From contig NC_092679.1 in assembly GCF_964355755.1 (NCBI RefSeq), forward strand, positions 24,659,432-24,723,431: DNA of 64,000 nt, written 5' to 3'. Of the stretch, positions 23,703 to 36,769 are shown piece after piece. A program made the translations under genes and the position numbers. Numbering within the stretch: position 1 is the stretch's first letter; every line of letters starts with the position of its first letter. The notes under the pieces are model-generated. The model did not search any database, was not told where the DNA came from, and worked only from the letters and a program-made list of their open reading frames with translations. This stretch comes from Antedon mediterranea (taxonomy: Eukaryota; Animalia; Echinodermata).

Positions 23703-25675
23703 CATCTGGTCACTTCAGTTATGGTAACATGCTGATCACAAATACTGGTTGACTAAGGAGGCTGTGCTTTTCAACTATGACAACATGAGGTCTGGTCACT
23801 TCGGTTAAGGTAACATGCTGATCACAAATACTGGTTGACTGGGAGGCTGTGCTTTTTAACTATGTCAACATCAAATCTAGTCACTTCAGTTAAGGTAACA
23901 TGCTGATCACAAGTACTGGTTGACTGGAAGGCTGTGCTTTTTAACTATGTCAACATCAAATCTAGTCACTTCAGTTAAGGTAACATGCTGATCACAAGTA
24001 CTGGTTGACTGGGAGGCTGTGCTTTTTAACTATGTCAACATCAAATCTAGTCACTTCAGTTAAGGTAACATGCTGATCACAAGTACTGGTTGACTGGGAG
24101 GCTGTGCTTTTTAACTATGTCAACATCAAATCTAGTCACTTCAGTTAAGGTAACATGCTGATCACAAATACTGGTTGACTGGGAGGCTGTGCTTTTTAAC
24201 TATGTCAACATCAAATCTAGTCACTTCAGTTAAGGTAACATGCTGATTACAAGTACTGGTTGACTGGGAGGCTGTGCTTTTTAACTATGTCAACATCAAA
24301 TCTAGTCACTTCAGTTAAGGTAACATGCTGATCACAAGTACTGGTTGACTGGGAGGCTGTGCTTTTTAACTATGTCAACATCAAATCTAGTCACTTCAGT
24401 TAAGGTAACATGCTGATCACAAGTACTGGTTGACTGGGAGGCTGTGCTTTTTAACTATGTCAACATCAAATCTAGTCACTTCAGTTAAGGTAACATGCTG
24501 ATCACAAGTACTGGGTGACTGGGAGGCTGTGCTTTTTAACTATGTCAACATCAAATCTAGTCACTTCAGTTAAGGTAACATGCTGATCACAAGTACTGGT
24601 TGACTGGGAGGCTGTGCTTTTTAACTATGTCAACATCAAATCTAGTCACTTCAGTTAAGGTAACAGGCTGATCACAAATACTGGTTGACTGGGAGGCAGT
24701 GCTTTTTAACTATGTCAACATCAAATCTAGTCACTTCAGTTAAGGTAACATGCTGATCACAAGTACTGGTTGACTGGGAGGCTGTGCTTTTTAACTATGT
24801 CAACATCAAATCTAGTCACTTCAGTTAAGGTAACATGCTGATCACAAGTACTGGTTGACTGGGAGGCTGTGCTTTTTAACTATGTCAACATCAAATCTAG
24901 TCACTTCAGTTAAGGTAACATGCTGATCACAAGTACTGGTTGACTGGGAGGCTGTGCTTTTTAACTATGTCAACATCAAATCTAGTCACTTCAGTTAAGG
25001 TAACATGCTGATCACAAGTACTGGTTGACTGGGAGGCTGTGCTTTTTAACTATGTCAACATCAAATCTAGTCACTTCAGTTAAGGTAACATGCTGATCAC
25101 AAGTACTGGTTGACTGGGAGGCTGTGCTTTTTAACTATGTCAACATCAAATCTAGTCACTTCAGTTAAGGTAACATGCTGATCACAAGTACTGGTTGACT
25201 GGGAGGCTGTGCTTTTTAACTATGTCAACATCAAATCTAGTCACTTCAGTTAAGGTAACATGCTGATCACAAGTACTGGTTGACTGGGAGGCTGTGCTTT
25301 TTAACTATGTCAACATCAAATCTAGTCACTTCAGTTAAGGTAACATGCTGATCACAAGTACTGGTTGACTGGGAGGCTGTGCTTTTTAACTATGTCAACA
25401 TCAAATCTAGTCACTTCAGTTAAGGTAACATGCTGATCACAAGTACTGGTTGACTGGGAGGCTGTGCTTTTTAACTATGTCAACATCAAATCTAGTCACT
25501 TCAGTTAAGGTAACATGCTGATCACAAATACTGGTTGACTGGGAGGCTGTGCTTTTTAACTATGACAACATGAGGTCTAGTCACTTCAGTTAAGGTAACA
25601 TGCTGATCACAAGTATTGGTTGACTAAGGAGGCTGTGCTTTTCAACTATGACAACATGAGGTCTGGTCACTTCAG
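23679..25675 (+). repeat. Tandem array, 85-bp unit, about 23 copies, starting inside the last TASP1 codons
   Basis: GGAGGCTGTGC recurs every 85 bp (24012, 24097, 24182...). The first, diverged unit is GGA GGC TGT GCA TTT AAA TTA TGA plus 3' UTR. Confidence 0.95.
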
Positions 25676-26492
25676 GTTCATACTGATCAGAAATATACTT
25701 TTTCTGACAAAAAGTTGGTTTGCAACTTTTAATGATCGATATGAAAGGTTTATACATTATTTTATATTATTTTAGTGTGTTTAAAGAACACAGTATTTTG
25801 TGATATACTATACAGGTCAGTGCACAAAAGCGTGAGTACCATATGTCTCTTTTGATACATTATTTATTAGTTATCTTATTTTTTTTTTCTGTATACAAAT
25901 TTTGCAGAAACAAACAACTATTGACTTAAAAAAAAGGCCAGCGCCAAACAGGTAATGGTTCAGTATTATTTACCGGTAGGTACTAACCGCCCTGTTTCCA
26001 ATTGCACCTCCACGTTCTGCACAGAGGCATATGCTGGTTCTTGTGCAAAAATTGTGAATAGGTCCCAGGAAATTGAATGTATACTTTAATATATAACAAA
26101 ATATAGGAGTCTCTCTTTCCTATATTTATATCTTCCTGGTTGTGGCTGAGATAAGAACATTTTAAAAAATAGAGCTGCCAAGTCCTCAATAATCGCACTT
26201 ATACTTTGAAGATGTCAGACCTAGGCCTAAAAAGTGCATGTCATTAAGTTGCGTTTGATTTACTAAAATGTACTCTTGCTGCTCATCCTGAATGCCTACA
26301 GCTTTGAATGCCAAAAATCTAGAATGTGCAGGGGCGGATTCAAGGGTCATATGATCTCTGGCCCCTTCATGTAATCCTGTTTGCAACCTCTTACTGATCA
26401 GTAACCACTGATCTTCTTTCTACTTCCTGTTGAAAGAAATAAGTTTTTTTAGTTTATTTAAAAATATTGGAGTAAGTGATTGCAAGAGGTTC

Positions 26493-29400
26493 AATGTTAC
26501 TGGACCGTTCTTCAATTGGTGCAATGTTACTGGACCGTTCTTCAATTGGTGCAATGTTACTGGACCGTTCTTCAATTGGTGCAATGTTACTGGACCGTTC
26601 TTTAATTGGTGCAATGTTACTAGACCGTTCTTTAATTAGTCTAAATAGAGCTGTGCTTGTTCATCAATCATCATGTGGAAATGTTACTAGACCGTTCTCT
26701 AATTAGTCTAAATAGAGCTGTGCTTGTTCATCAATCATCATGTGGAAATGTTACTAGACCGTTCTCTAATTAGTCTAAATAGAGCTGTGCTTGTTCATCA
26801 ATCATCATGTGGAAATGTTACTAGACCGTTCTCTAATTAGTCTAAATAGAGCTGTGCTTGTTCATCAATCATCATGTGGAAATGTTACTAGACCGTTCTT
26901 TAATTGGTGCAATGTTACTAGACCGTTCTCTAATTAGTCTAAATAGAGCTGTGCTTGTTCATCAATCATCATGTGGAAATGTTACTAGACCGTTCTCTAA
27001 TTAGTCTAAATAGAGCTGTGCTTGTTCATCAATCATCATGTGGAAATGTTACTAGACCGTTCTTTAATTAGTCTAAATAGAGCTGTGCTTGTTCATCAAT
27101 CATCATGTGGAAATGTTACTAGACCGTTCTCTAATTAGTCTAAATAGAGCTGTGCTTGTTCATCAATCATCATGTGGAAATGTTACTAGACCGTTCTCTA
27201 ATTAGTCTAAATAGAGCTGTGCTTGTTCATCAATCATCATGTGGAAATGTTACTAGACCGTTCTTTAATTGGTGCAATGTTACTAGACCGTTCTCTAATT
27301 AGTCTAAATAGAGCTGTGCTTGTTCATCAATCATCATGTGGAAATGTTACTAGACCGTTCTCTAATTAGTCTAAATAGAGCTGTGCTTGTTCATCAATCA
27401 TCATGTGGAAATGTTACTAGACCGTTCTCTAATTAGTCTAAATAGAGCTGTGCTTGTTCATCAATCATCATGTGGAAATGTTACTAGACCGTTCTTTAAT
27501 TGGTGCAATGTTACTAGACCGTTCTCTAATTAGTCTAAATAGAGCTGTGCTTGTTCATCAATCATCATGTGGAAATGTTACTAGACCGTTCTCTAATTAG
27601 TCTAAATAGAGCTGTGCTTGTTCATCAATCATCATGTGGAAATGTTACTAGACCGTTCTTTAATTAGTCTAAATAGAGCTGTGCTTGTTCATCAATCATC
27701 ATGTGGAAATGTTACTAGACCGTTCTCTAATTAGTCTAAATAGAGCTGTGCTTGTTCATCAATCATCATGTGGAAATGTTACTAGACCGTTCTCTAATTA
27801 GTCTAAATAGAGCTGTGCTTGTTCATCAATCATCATGTGGAAATGTTACTAGACCGTTCTTTAATTGGTGCAATGTTACTAGACCGTTCTCTAATTAGTC
27901 TAAATAGAGCTGTGCTTGTTCATCAATCATCATGTGGAAATGTTACTAGACCGTTCTCTAATTAGTCTAAATAGAGCTGTGCTTGTTCATCAATCATCAT
28001 GTGGAAATGTTACTAGACCGTTCTCTAATTAGTCTAAATAGAGCTGTGCTTGTTCATCAATCATCATGTGGAAATGTTACTAGACCGTTCTCTAATTAGT
28101 CTAAATAGAGCTGTGCTTGTTCATCAATCATCATGTGGAAATGTTACTAGACCGTTCTCTAATTAGTCTAAATAGAGCTGTGCTTGTTCATCAATCATCA
28201 TGTGGAAATGTTACTAGACCGTTCTCTAATTAGTCTAAATAGAGCTGTGCTTGTTCATCAATCATCATGTGGAAATGTTACTAGACCGTTCTTTAATTGG
28301 TGCAATGTTACTAGACCGTTCTCTAATTAGTCTAAATAGAGCTGTGCTTGTTCATCAATCATCATGTGGAAATGTTACTAGACCGTTCTCTAATTAGTCT
28401 AAATAGAGCTGTGCTTGTTCATCAATCATCATGTGGAAATGTTACTAGACCGTTCTCTAATTAGTCTAAATAGAGCTGTGCTTGTTCATCAATCATCATG
28501 TGGAAATGTTACTAGACCGTTCTCTAATTAGTCTAAATAGAGCTGTGCTTGTTCATCAATCATCATGTGGAAATGTTACTAGACCGTTCTCTAATTAGTC
28601 TAAATAGAGCTGTGCTTGTTCATCAATCATCATGTGGAAATGTTACTAGACCGTTCTCTAATTAGTCTAAATAGAGCTGTGCTTGTTCATCAATCATCAT
28701 GTGGAAATGTTACTAGACCGTTCTCTAATTAGTCTAAATAGAGCTGTGCTTGTTCATCAATCATCATGTGGAAATGTTACTAGACCGTTCTCTAATTAGT
28801 CTAAATAGAGCTGTGCTTGTTCATCAATCATCATGTGGAAATGTTACTAGACCGTTCTTTAATTGGTGCAATGTTACTAGACCGTTCTCTAATTAGTCTA
28901 AATAGAGCTGTGCTTGTTCATCAATCATCATGTGGAAATGTTACTAGACCGTTCTCTAATTAGTCTAAATAGAGCTGTGCTTGTTCATCAATCATCATGT
29001 GGAAATGTTACTAGACCGTTCTCTAATTAGTCTAAATAGAGCTGTGCTTGTTCATCAATCATCATGTGGAAATGTTACTAGACCGTTCTCTAATTAGTCT
29101 AAATAGAGCTGTGCTTGTTCATCAATCATCATGTGGAAATGTTACTAGACCGTTCTCTAATTAGTCTAAATAGAGCTGTGCTTGTTCATCAATCATCATG
29201 TGGAAATGTTACTAGACCGTTCTCTAATTAGTCTAAATAGAGCTGTGCTTGTTCATCAATCATCATGTGGAAATGTTACTAGACCGTTCTTTAATTGGTG
29301 CAATGTTACTAGACCGTTCTCTAATTAGTCTAAATAGAGCTGTGCTTGTTCATCAATCATCATGTGGAAATGTTACTAGACCGTTCTCTAATTAGTCTAA

Positions 29401-29571
29401 ATAGAGCTGTGCTTGTTCATCAATCATCATGTGGAAATGTTACTAGACCGTTCTCTAATTAGTCTAAATAGAGCTGTGCTTGTTCATCAATCATCATGTG
29501 GAAATGTTACTAGACCGTTCTCTAATTAGTCTAAATAGAGCTGTGCTTGTTCATCAATCATCATGTGGAAA
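26493..29571. repeat. Compound satellite: 41 units of 67 bp interspersed with 30-bp units
   Basis: Both units share AATGTTACT(A/G)GACCGTTCT. The 30-mer marker TTGGTGC occurs at 26606, 26904, 27269, 27500, 27865, 28297, 28863 and 29295, giving 67-mer runs of 4,5,3,5,6,8,6,4. Confidence 0.95.
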
Positions 29572-29890
29572 TATTGTTGTAATATTGTATAAATCCACCA
29601 TTTGTATTTGTATACATCTGGATATACTTGTCTAACAATGTCCACCTCTTGACAAAAGTCAACATAAAAGTTATGTAGGCTTTTCCTTTCTGAGATAATC
29701 TTTCGTAACGCCCTGGGTTGAGCAGGCTGTCGGATTTCCCGAATCTTTCTCCCGTCTTTTTAATACCACATGGGCACTCCTGTTTGTTCCATTTCTCTCC
29801 CTACTTGTCGTCAATGGTCACTCTTTATGTGCCTCTTTTCACCTTCTTTGCTTGTATGACGTATTCGTAATTCTTGCTCTACATTCATCT
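29530..29890 (-). pseudogene. Decayed transposase-like coding fragment (second copy at about 31550-31790)
   Basis: Minus strand: LRIRHTSKEGEKRHIKSDH*RQVGREMEQTGVPMWY*..ALRKIISERKSLHNFYVDFCQEVDIVRQVY; in-frame stops. Resemblance to MULE-NOF-type transposase N-terminal regions is from memory only. Confidence 0.4.
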
Positions 29891-30034
29891 TTGCTATTCA
29901 TTCATCTTTGCTATTCGTATAGTATATCTTGCACACCCATTAAATTTACAAAGTGCTTTCAGTGTATCAATTAAAATTGTTAATAAACACATCTAAAGAA
30001 GAATGCAGTTTTTTTTAATTAAATAAATATTGGT

Positions 30035-31095
30035 ATGTCTGTTGTCCCAAAAATGTATTGAAAAATTTGACTTTAATACATTATGCCTGTGGGTATGGGT
30101 AGTCTAACGCCAAATCCCAATTGTACACTATTTCTTCGATTGTTCTCCTTAAATAAGTACCACAGAATGGATCTCTGGTAATAGCTATTGGAATGAACTT
30201 CCTACACATGCCGTATACCTTTTATCAATATTTAAACTTTCCGATAGATCCTGCTCAATCTCTATGGTCAAGTCCTGGTCACCAAAAACAAAATCCTCGA
30301 GTAACCCAACATCTGGGATATTACCGTCCGATACAATATGGTTTACATTAGCCAGCGAGAGACTAACTATAGCTTCAACAGCTCTTTGGCTTTTGCTAAA
30401 CAAACTAAATGAAAAAATCCCCAAAATTGATTGACAAATTAGACTATAATACATTATGCCTGTGGGTATGGGTAGTCTAACGCCAAATCCCAATTGTACT
30501 CCTCAATTTCTTGGATTGTTCTCCTTAATAAGTACCACAGAGTGGAATCTAGTATAGCTATTAATTAGAATGAACTTCCTACACATGGTGTATCTACGTG
30601 AATAATATGTAAACTTTCCGATAGATTCTGCACAATCTCTATGGCATTATTACAAATATCCATAAGAGAAAGGCTACCGGCTTTAGAAAGACTTTGGCTG
30701 ATGGGCAAATCAAAGTCCTGGTCACCAAAAACAAAATCCTCGAGTAACCCAACATCTGGGATATTACCGTCCGATACAATATGGTTTACATTAGCCCGCG
30801 ACAGACTAACACTAGCTTCAACAGCTCTTTGGTATTCGCTAAACAAACTAAATAAAAATAAATCCCAAAATGTATTGACAAATTAGACTATAATACATTA
30901 TGTCTGTGGGTATGGGTAGTCTTAACGCCAAATCCCAATTGTACTCCTCCTTTTCTTCGATTGTTCTCCTTAATAAGTACCACAGAGTGGAATCTGATGA
31001 ATGAATGAACTTCCTACACATGGCGAGAACTTCACTACCTCTTCTAACACTTCGGTCGGTACGTAGGAAATATTCATCTTTACAACAATACAATA
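30035..31095 (-). pseudogene. Two to three diverged tandem copies of an unidentified exon-intron-exon fragment
   Basis: STLWYLLRRTIEE..YNWDLALRLPIPT occurs three times (near 30090-30170, 30460-30545, 30905-30995) and QRAVEA.VSLS.ANVNHIVSDGNIPDVGLLEDFVFGDQD twice; indels present. Confidence 0.5.
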
Positions 31096-32337
31096 ACAAT
31101 AAATTATATTAAACAAATAAATAAAAAAAGGTTGAGAGCTACTCCACAATAACGAAATAAATTTTAAATAGAAAAAAAAAAACTCGCATTAGTGAAAAAA
31201 TTAACTGGAATACCCAAATACGTGTCAAATGGAACGAAACTAATGAAATGAACATCGCTTTGTTGTATGGTTTTTTGTTTTCTCGAAAACTTCTATGTCC
31301 AATAATTATGTCATAATTTTTATAATTAATAAATTTTATAAAGTAAACATCAGGCTAGATTTGACTGACAACGTACGTAGCCAACCATTCAGGGGCTTAT
31401 AAAAATTAATAAAATCTAACCCTTTCAACCTCGCGTCTTCGATATTCTGCAGTCCGAGGCCGCACTCTCCCTTTTTTGGGCCGGGGAGGCCTGCCTTTAC
31501 GGTGGGGTAAGTTTTTATTCTCCGCCTTACTACCACTCCAGTCTTCTGCATGAAAGTTTTGTAGTCTTTTTCTTTCTGAAATTATCTTTCTTGACACGCC
31601 ATGGGTTAAGCAGGCTGTCCCGATTTCCCGAATCTTTTTCCGCCTTTGACATCTCTCCAACAGTTTTATAATACCACATGGGCACTCCTGTCTGTTCCAT
31701 TTCTATTCCCACTTGTTGTTGACGATCACTCCTTATGTGCCTCTTTTCACCTTCTTTGCTTGTATGACGTATTAGTCCTTCTTGCTTAATATAAAAAACA
31801 AAAATCTGTCCAATTAACATAGTTTTTATAATTAATAAATCTGTATTAGGGTCTAAACAACAAATTGATTTTAAATTAAATAAATAAGTTATTGCAAAAT
31901 TTACTTTTTTTGGAATCATCTCCCATTCAAGATCTCAATCCGAATCGGGTTCCTTTCATAGTAGATTTGCATTTATCTTGTCCTTCCAAGCAGCTAACAA
32001 ATTGTTACCATCTCATTCAAATATGGGATTTCCAACAGGTGGTTTGGGAACCCTGGAGTTCCAACTCTGTTGCACTGAAAAAAGATGACCGCATGGACAT
32101 TAGCCAATGCAAAGACTGGATATATCTGTAGCACTTCTGTGCTGTCATTTGAACTTATATTTGACATAAATTCCAGGATGATTATAGTTGGCCACAAATA
32201 TAATATCACCTGTGCAATGGGCAACACAAGACCACTCTGTCGTTCTTTTCTGTAATTATATTTCCGACGGCAAAAGTGCGGTTTGTGGATGATGTCCTTT
32301 TCTTGAATTGTTCAACTATGTAAGATTTGATAACTTC

Positions 32338-32965
32338 AGACATTTTGACATTTTACTCTGTCTTGGAGATTTATGTCTGCTCCTGCATCCAACAGCAGAC
32401 TGCAGCAGGCTGTGTGACCTGCAGACATTTTGACATTTTACTCTGTCTTGGAGATTTATGTCTGCTCCTGCATCCAACAGCAGACTGCAGCAGGCTGTGT
32501 GACCTGCAGACATTTTGACATTTTACTCTGTCTTGGAGATTTATGTCTGCTCCTGCATCCAACAGCAGACTGCAGCAGGCTGTGTGACCTGCAGACATTT
32601 TGACATTTTACTCTGTCTTGGAGATTTATGTCTGCTCCTGCATCCAACAGCAGACTGCAGCAGGCTGTGTGACCTGCAGACATTTTGACATTTTACTCTG
32701 TCTTGGAGATTTATGTCCGCTCCTGCATCCAACAGCAGACTGCAGCAGGCTGTGTGACCTGCAGACATTTTGACATTTTACTCTGTCTTGGAGATTTATG
32801 TCCGCTCCTGCATCCAACAGCAGACTGCAGCAGGCTGTGTGACCTGCAAACATTTTGACATTTTACTCTGTCTTGGAGATTTATGTCTGCTCCTGCATCC
32901 AACAGCAGACTGCAGCAGGCTGTGTGACCTGCAATAGCTGCATAATGCAAAGCTGACGTTAAGTT
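32338..32965 (-). repeat. 99-bp ankyrin-repeat exon (32965-32867) whose 3' 66 nt plus 19 nt of donor intron are amplified as an 85-bp array, about 7 units
   Basis: ag|NLTSALHYAAIAGHTACCSLLLDAGADINLQDR|gtaaaa is a phase 0-0, 33-codon ankyrin exon; 85-bp periodicity is visible. Confidence 0.85.
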
Positions 32966-33321
32966 CTATAATATAAAATAGACAACCTTTCCTTCATTTG
33001 TTGGTAGTGTTGTTCTTTCATTCTTATTTTTAATCGTCTGTTACATAATTTGCACCTTTTTGGCATTTCATTCATGTTGTTTTTCATATTTACCTATATA
33101 AAATAGAAACATTTTTGAAAATAAAAAGTATAAAATTGTTTTGTTTGGTACTTACTTGGCAGTACCGATTAAGATTCCTATTTCCTCCAAGAGATCATTA
33201 TTACCATTTGTACCGAACACAGATGGCATGATTGATTAACATTGCTGTTCTGTACAATAAAAGTAGTTTTCTCTCGATACCGAATCGTGATAGCGACCCG
33301 CGACGGCGTGGAGCAGTAAGT

Positions 33322-33545
33322 TTACTGTTTACAAAATGCTATACCAACAAAAGAAATCGTATCCGTTGCAGAAATCTTAATATTATTTATCTTGATAGAG
33401 CCATTGATACTAATGTTTTTATTTCTTGAACGAAAAACAATAAACTTTGTTTTGTCGGTATTAATTTTTAATTTATTGGCGTTACACCAATTAATTACTT
33501 TTTGAAATTTTATGTTAATTTCGTCAAGATTTAACACATTTTCAG
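33322..33545 (-). mobile_element. Reverse transcriptase C-terminal fragment (CR1/L2-type LINE)
   Basis: INIKFQKVINWCNANKLKINTDKTKFIVFRSRNK..IKINNIKI..FVGI, a typical post-YADD RT thumb region. Confidence 0.7.
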
Positions 33546-33553
33546 ATAAAGGT

Positions 33554-33757
33554 TTAAACCCTGATTGCATCTGGAGTTACAACTCTGTTGCAATGCATTG
33601 TTCCGCATGTCCCCGTAGCTTGGTTTTGTAGGTCTGTGAATAAAGCTGGAGATGAATAAAAATTATCCATATAGACATAATGTTTCTTACCTGCAATTGG
33701 TTGACACAAACGATTTACTGTCCTCCGTGTTGCATGTGGAAGGCCACCTGTACCCAA
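33554..33757 (-). mobile_element. piggyBac transposase fragment
   Basis: GLPHATRRTVNRLCQPIAGKKHYVYMDNFYSSPALFTDLQNQATGTCGTMHCNR: DNFYSS and GT...NR motifs of DDE_Tnp_1_7. Confidence 0.8.
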
Positions 33758-33862
33758 GAATGCTATAATACTCTCATCTAATGATCGACTTCTGTAGATG
33801 GATAGAAATTTAATTAGATTGGAAGGCCGTCTCCACCTTTATACAATTTTTGGTTATACACA

Positions 33863-34918
33863 TATCCAGTCTTTGCATTGGCTAATGTCCATGCGGTCAT
33901 CTTTTTTTTTATATCTGTAGCACTTCTGTGCTGTCATTTGAACTTATATTTGACATATAAATTCCAGGATGATTATGGTTGGCCACAAATATAATATCAC
34001 CTGTGCAATGGGCAACACAAGACCACTCTGTCGTTCTTTTCTGTAATTATATTTCCGACGGCAAAAGTGCGGTTTGTGGATGATGTCCTTTTCTTGAATT
34101 GTTCAACTATGTAAGATTTGATAACTTCAGACATTTGTGTCTGCTCCTGCATCCAACAGCAGACTGCAGCAGGCTGTGTGACCTGCAGACATTTTGACAT
34201 TTTACTCTGTCTTGGAGATTTATGTCTGTTCCTGCATCCAACAGCAGACTGCAGCAGGCTGTGTGACCTGCAGACATTTTGACATTTTACTCTGTCTTGG
34301 AGATTTATGTCTGCTCCTGCATCCAACAGCAGACTGCAGCAGGCTGTGTGACCTGCAGACATTTTGACATTTTACTCTGTCTTGGAGATTTATGTCCGCT
34401 CCTGCATCCAACAGCAGACTGCAGCAGGCTGTGTGACCTGCAGACATTTTGACATTTTACTCTGTCTTGGAGATTTATGTCTGCTCCTGCATCCAACAGC
34501 AGACTGCAGCAGGCTGTGTGACCTGCAATAGCTGCATAATGCAAAGCTGACGTTAAGTTCTATAATATAAAATAGACAACCTTTCCTTCATTTGTTGGTA
34601 GTGTTGTTCTTTCATTCTTATTTTTAATCGTCTGTTACATAATTTGCACCTTTTTGGCATTTCATTCATGTTGTTTTTCAGATTTACCTATATAAAATAG
34701 AAACATTTTTGAAAATAAAAAGTATAAAATTGTTTTGTTTGGTACTTACTTGGCAGTACCGATTAAGATTCCTATTTCCTCCAAGAGATCATTATTACGA
34801 TTTGTACCTCAACACAGACGGCATGATTAACATTGATGTACAATAAAAGTAGTTTTCTCTCGATACCGAATCGTGATAGCGACCCGCGACGGCGTGGAGC
34901 AGTAAGTTTACTGTTTAC
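33863..34918 (-). repeat. Local segmental duplication of about 32075-33332, including a second ankyrin exon (34559-34461) with about 4.7 units of the 85-bp array
   Basis: Near-identical sequence from TATCTGTAGCACTTCTG to GGAGCAGTAAGTTTACTGTTTACA in both copies. Confidence 0.9.
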
Positions 34919-35361
34919 AGACATTTCGTGGACTTTGCTGAATAAAATTATAATTATTACTGATAAATGTTGATAACAAATATGATTTGTCTTTAGAATC
35001 ATAATGATGAATTTTGACGATGATTTAATGAATGTAAATGATTATACTATTCACCTTCTAATCACACAAGTTGGAACATCGGTCGGTAAAATGTATCTGT
35101 CACAAAGTTTCAAAAAGTCTAAAGGAAAAAGAATATTTTCTATAAACTGTACCTAATTTTCTATTGCCTTATTTGAAAGTACTCTTCAACATCTGAACAC
35201 AAACTGTGTTTTTCCTCATTCATAGTTACTAATACGATATTAAGTTCACCATCTACTGCAACTTCTTATATTGCTCACTAATTTTTCTTTTTTACAAAAA
35301 TCGTACAAAAATTCTCCCGGATGAGCATCCATAATTGTCATTGCAAAGTGAAAGTATATAA

Positions 35362-35430
35362 GGCCTAAAAAAAAAAATTGTTTGTTTGCTGTCAAGTTTT
35401 TTTTTTTTGGTAGTGGGGCGGGTGGAAAAA

Positions 35431-35471
<41 letters not shown>

Positions 35472-36438
35472 GTTAATTTCTCTGTTAATTGTACGCGAAT
35501 TTGAGAGTAACAAAACACACTGAATAAAACAACGAGCTCAAACATCTATTCATAATTTGTTTCACACTTTAATTCTGTTTTGGGCGCGTTACGCCTCGTG
35601 TCTAAACTTGCCTAGGCCTACTACACAGTAGGTCGTTGTTAGCAGGCCTAATTAAATATTTTAGAAGTTAGTGTACCGTATATTTCGGTGTATAAAGTCA
35701 CTGTGTATAAGACGCACCCTAACTGAGAGTAGAATATCGGTATTTTGTATATCGTCGATGTATAAGACGGCCGCACCCAGCCTCAACAAGAAGGGAATTC
35801 CCCCATTCCGTCAGTTCTTTCTAACTTGTTATTCATGAGTTTCGCACCCGCAACATCGAGTGTATGACCGCACGTGTATGTGGGCTAGCCTCGCTCGATC
35901 CTTTTATCGAGAGGCGCACGTTTTCACGGACAATCGTATTCGATTAGTATCTAGGCCTATATATCCTAGAAGTGTGTACGCTAGGTCTATGCTATAACGC
36001 TCCATAATGAACAAATCTTTTCATCATATTTAGTACAAAATCACGCTAGGCCTACTCTTTAGACTTTAGTAATACTAAATACTATTGGCCTAGCCTAGGC
36101 CTTACCTTAAAAAGCCCAGGACTAGCCAACGAGGTGGCGATATCTGTGTGTTGAGGCATTTATGTTCGGTGTATAAGACGCACCCTTAATTTAGAGGTTA
36201 CATTTGCGTGTTAAAAGTGCGATTATACACCGAAATATACTCTACGTTATTATTTTTATTGTTTCATCCTCGCACACTCGATTTTTACACCTTTTCGGCC
36301 AAAAAAAATCATAAAAAAACTTTTTTTTTTAAAGCGCCCTCAACGTAAAAAAAAAACTTTTTCTTATCTCCGCCCCAAATTTTTGGCGAAATTAGGGGCG
36401 GCGGATGACAGCAAACAAACTATTTTTTTTTTTTGGCC
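35362..36438. mobile_element. MITE with TAA TSD (Zator- or Harbinger-like)
   Basis: TAA|GGCCTAAAAAAAAAAATTGTTTGTTTGCTGTCA ... TGACAGCAAACAAACTATTTTTTTTTTTTTGGCC|TAA. Confidence 0.8.
35676..36240. mobile_element. pogo/Tigger-like MITE nested in the previous element
   Basis: TA|CCGTATATTTCGGTGTATAA ... TTATACACCGAAATATAC (last bases decayed); internal GTGTATAAGACGCACCC repeats. Confidence 0.75.
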
Positions 36439-36769
36439 TAATATGCTACCACGAAAATATCTTTCTTGGTCAGTCAACACAAATGTGGTCAGTTAAAACA
36501 AAACATCTCCATAGATTTGTTTTTCCACCATGTTATATTGAGATCCGTTAGCACATTAATAAATGGGCAGACAATACCACAAACACATCTTCTCTCATTG
36601 AGAGCAAATCAACAAGTCCGTGTTAAAGGTGCCACTGTCTGGCTTTCTCCCTCCTTAGTATGTGGTAAACAACCAGAAAAAAAAATCTAAATTACCAAGC
36701 AAGCCAAAATTAATAGGTTTACTGAACCTATTTACAGGGCAGTCACCTGTAACTATAACATGAATTTTG

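Noticed and set aside
23679-29571. CRISPR-like array
   Set aside because: Units are contiguous with no unique spacers; eukaryotic context and no cas genes.
32316-32853. Spliced poly-ankyrin protein from the 85-bp array
   Set aside because: The implied 23-nt introns are too short and the resulting 62-nt exons break frame.
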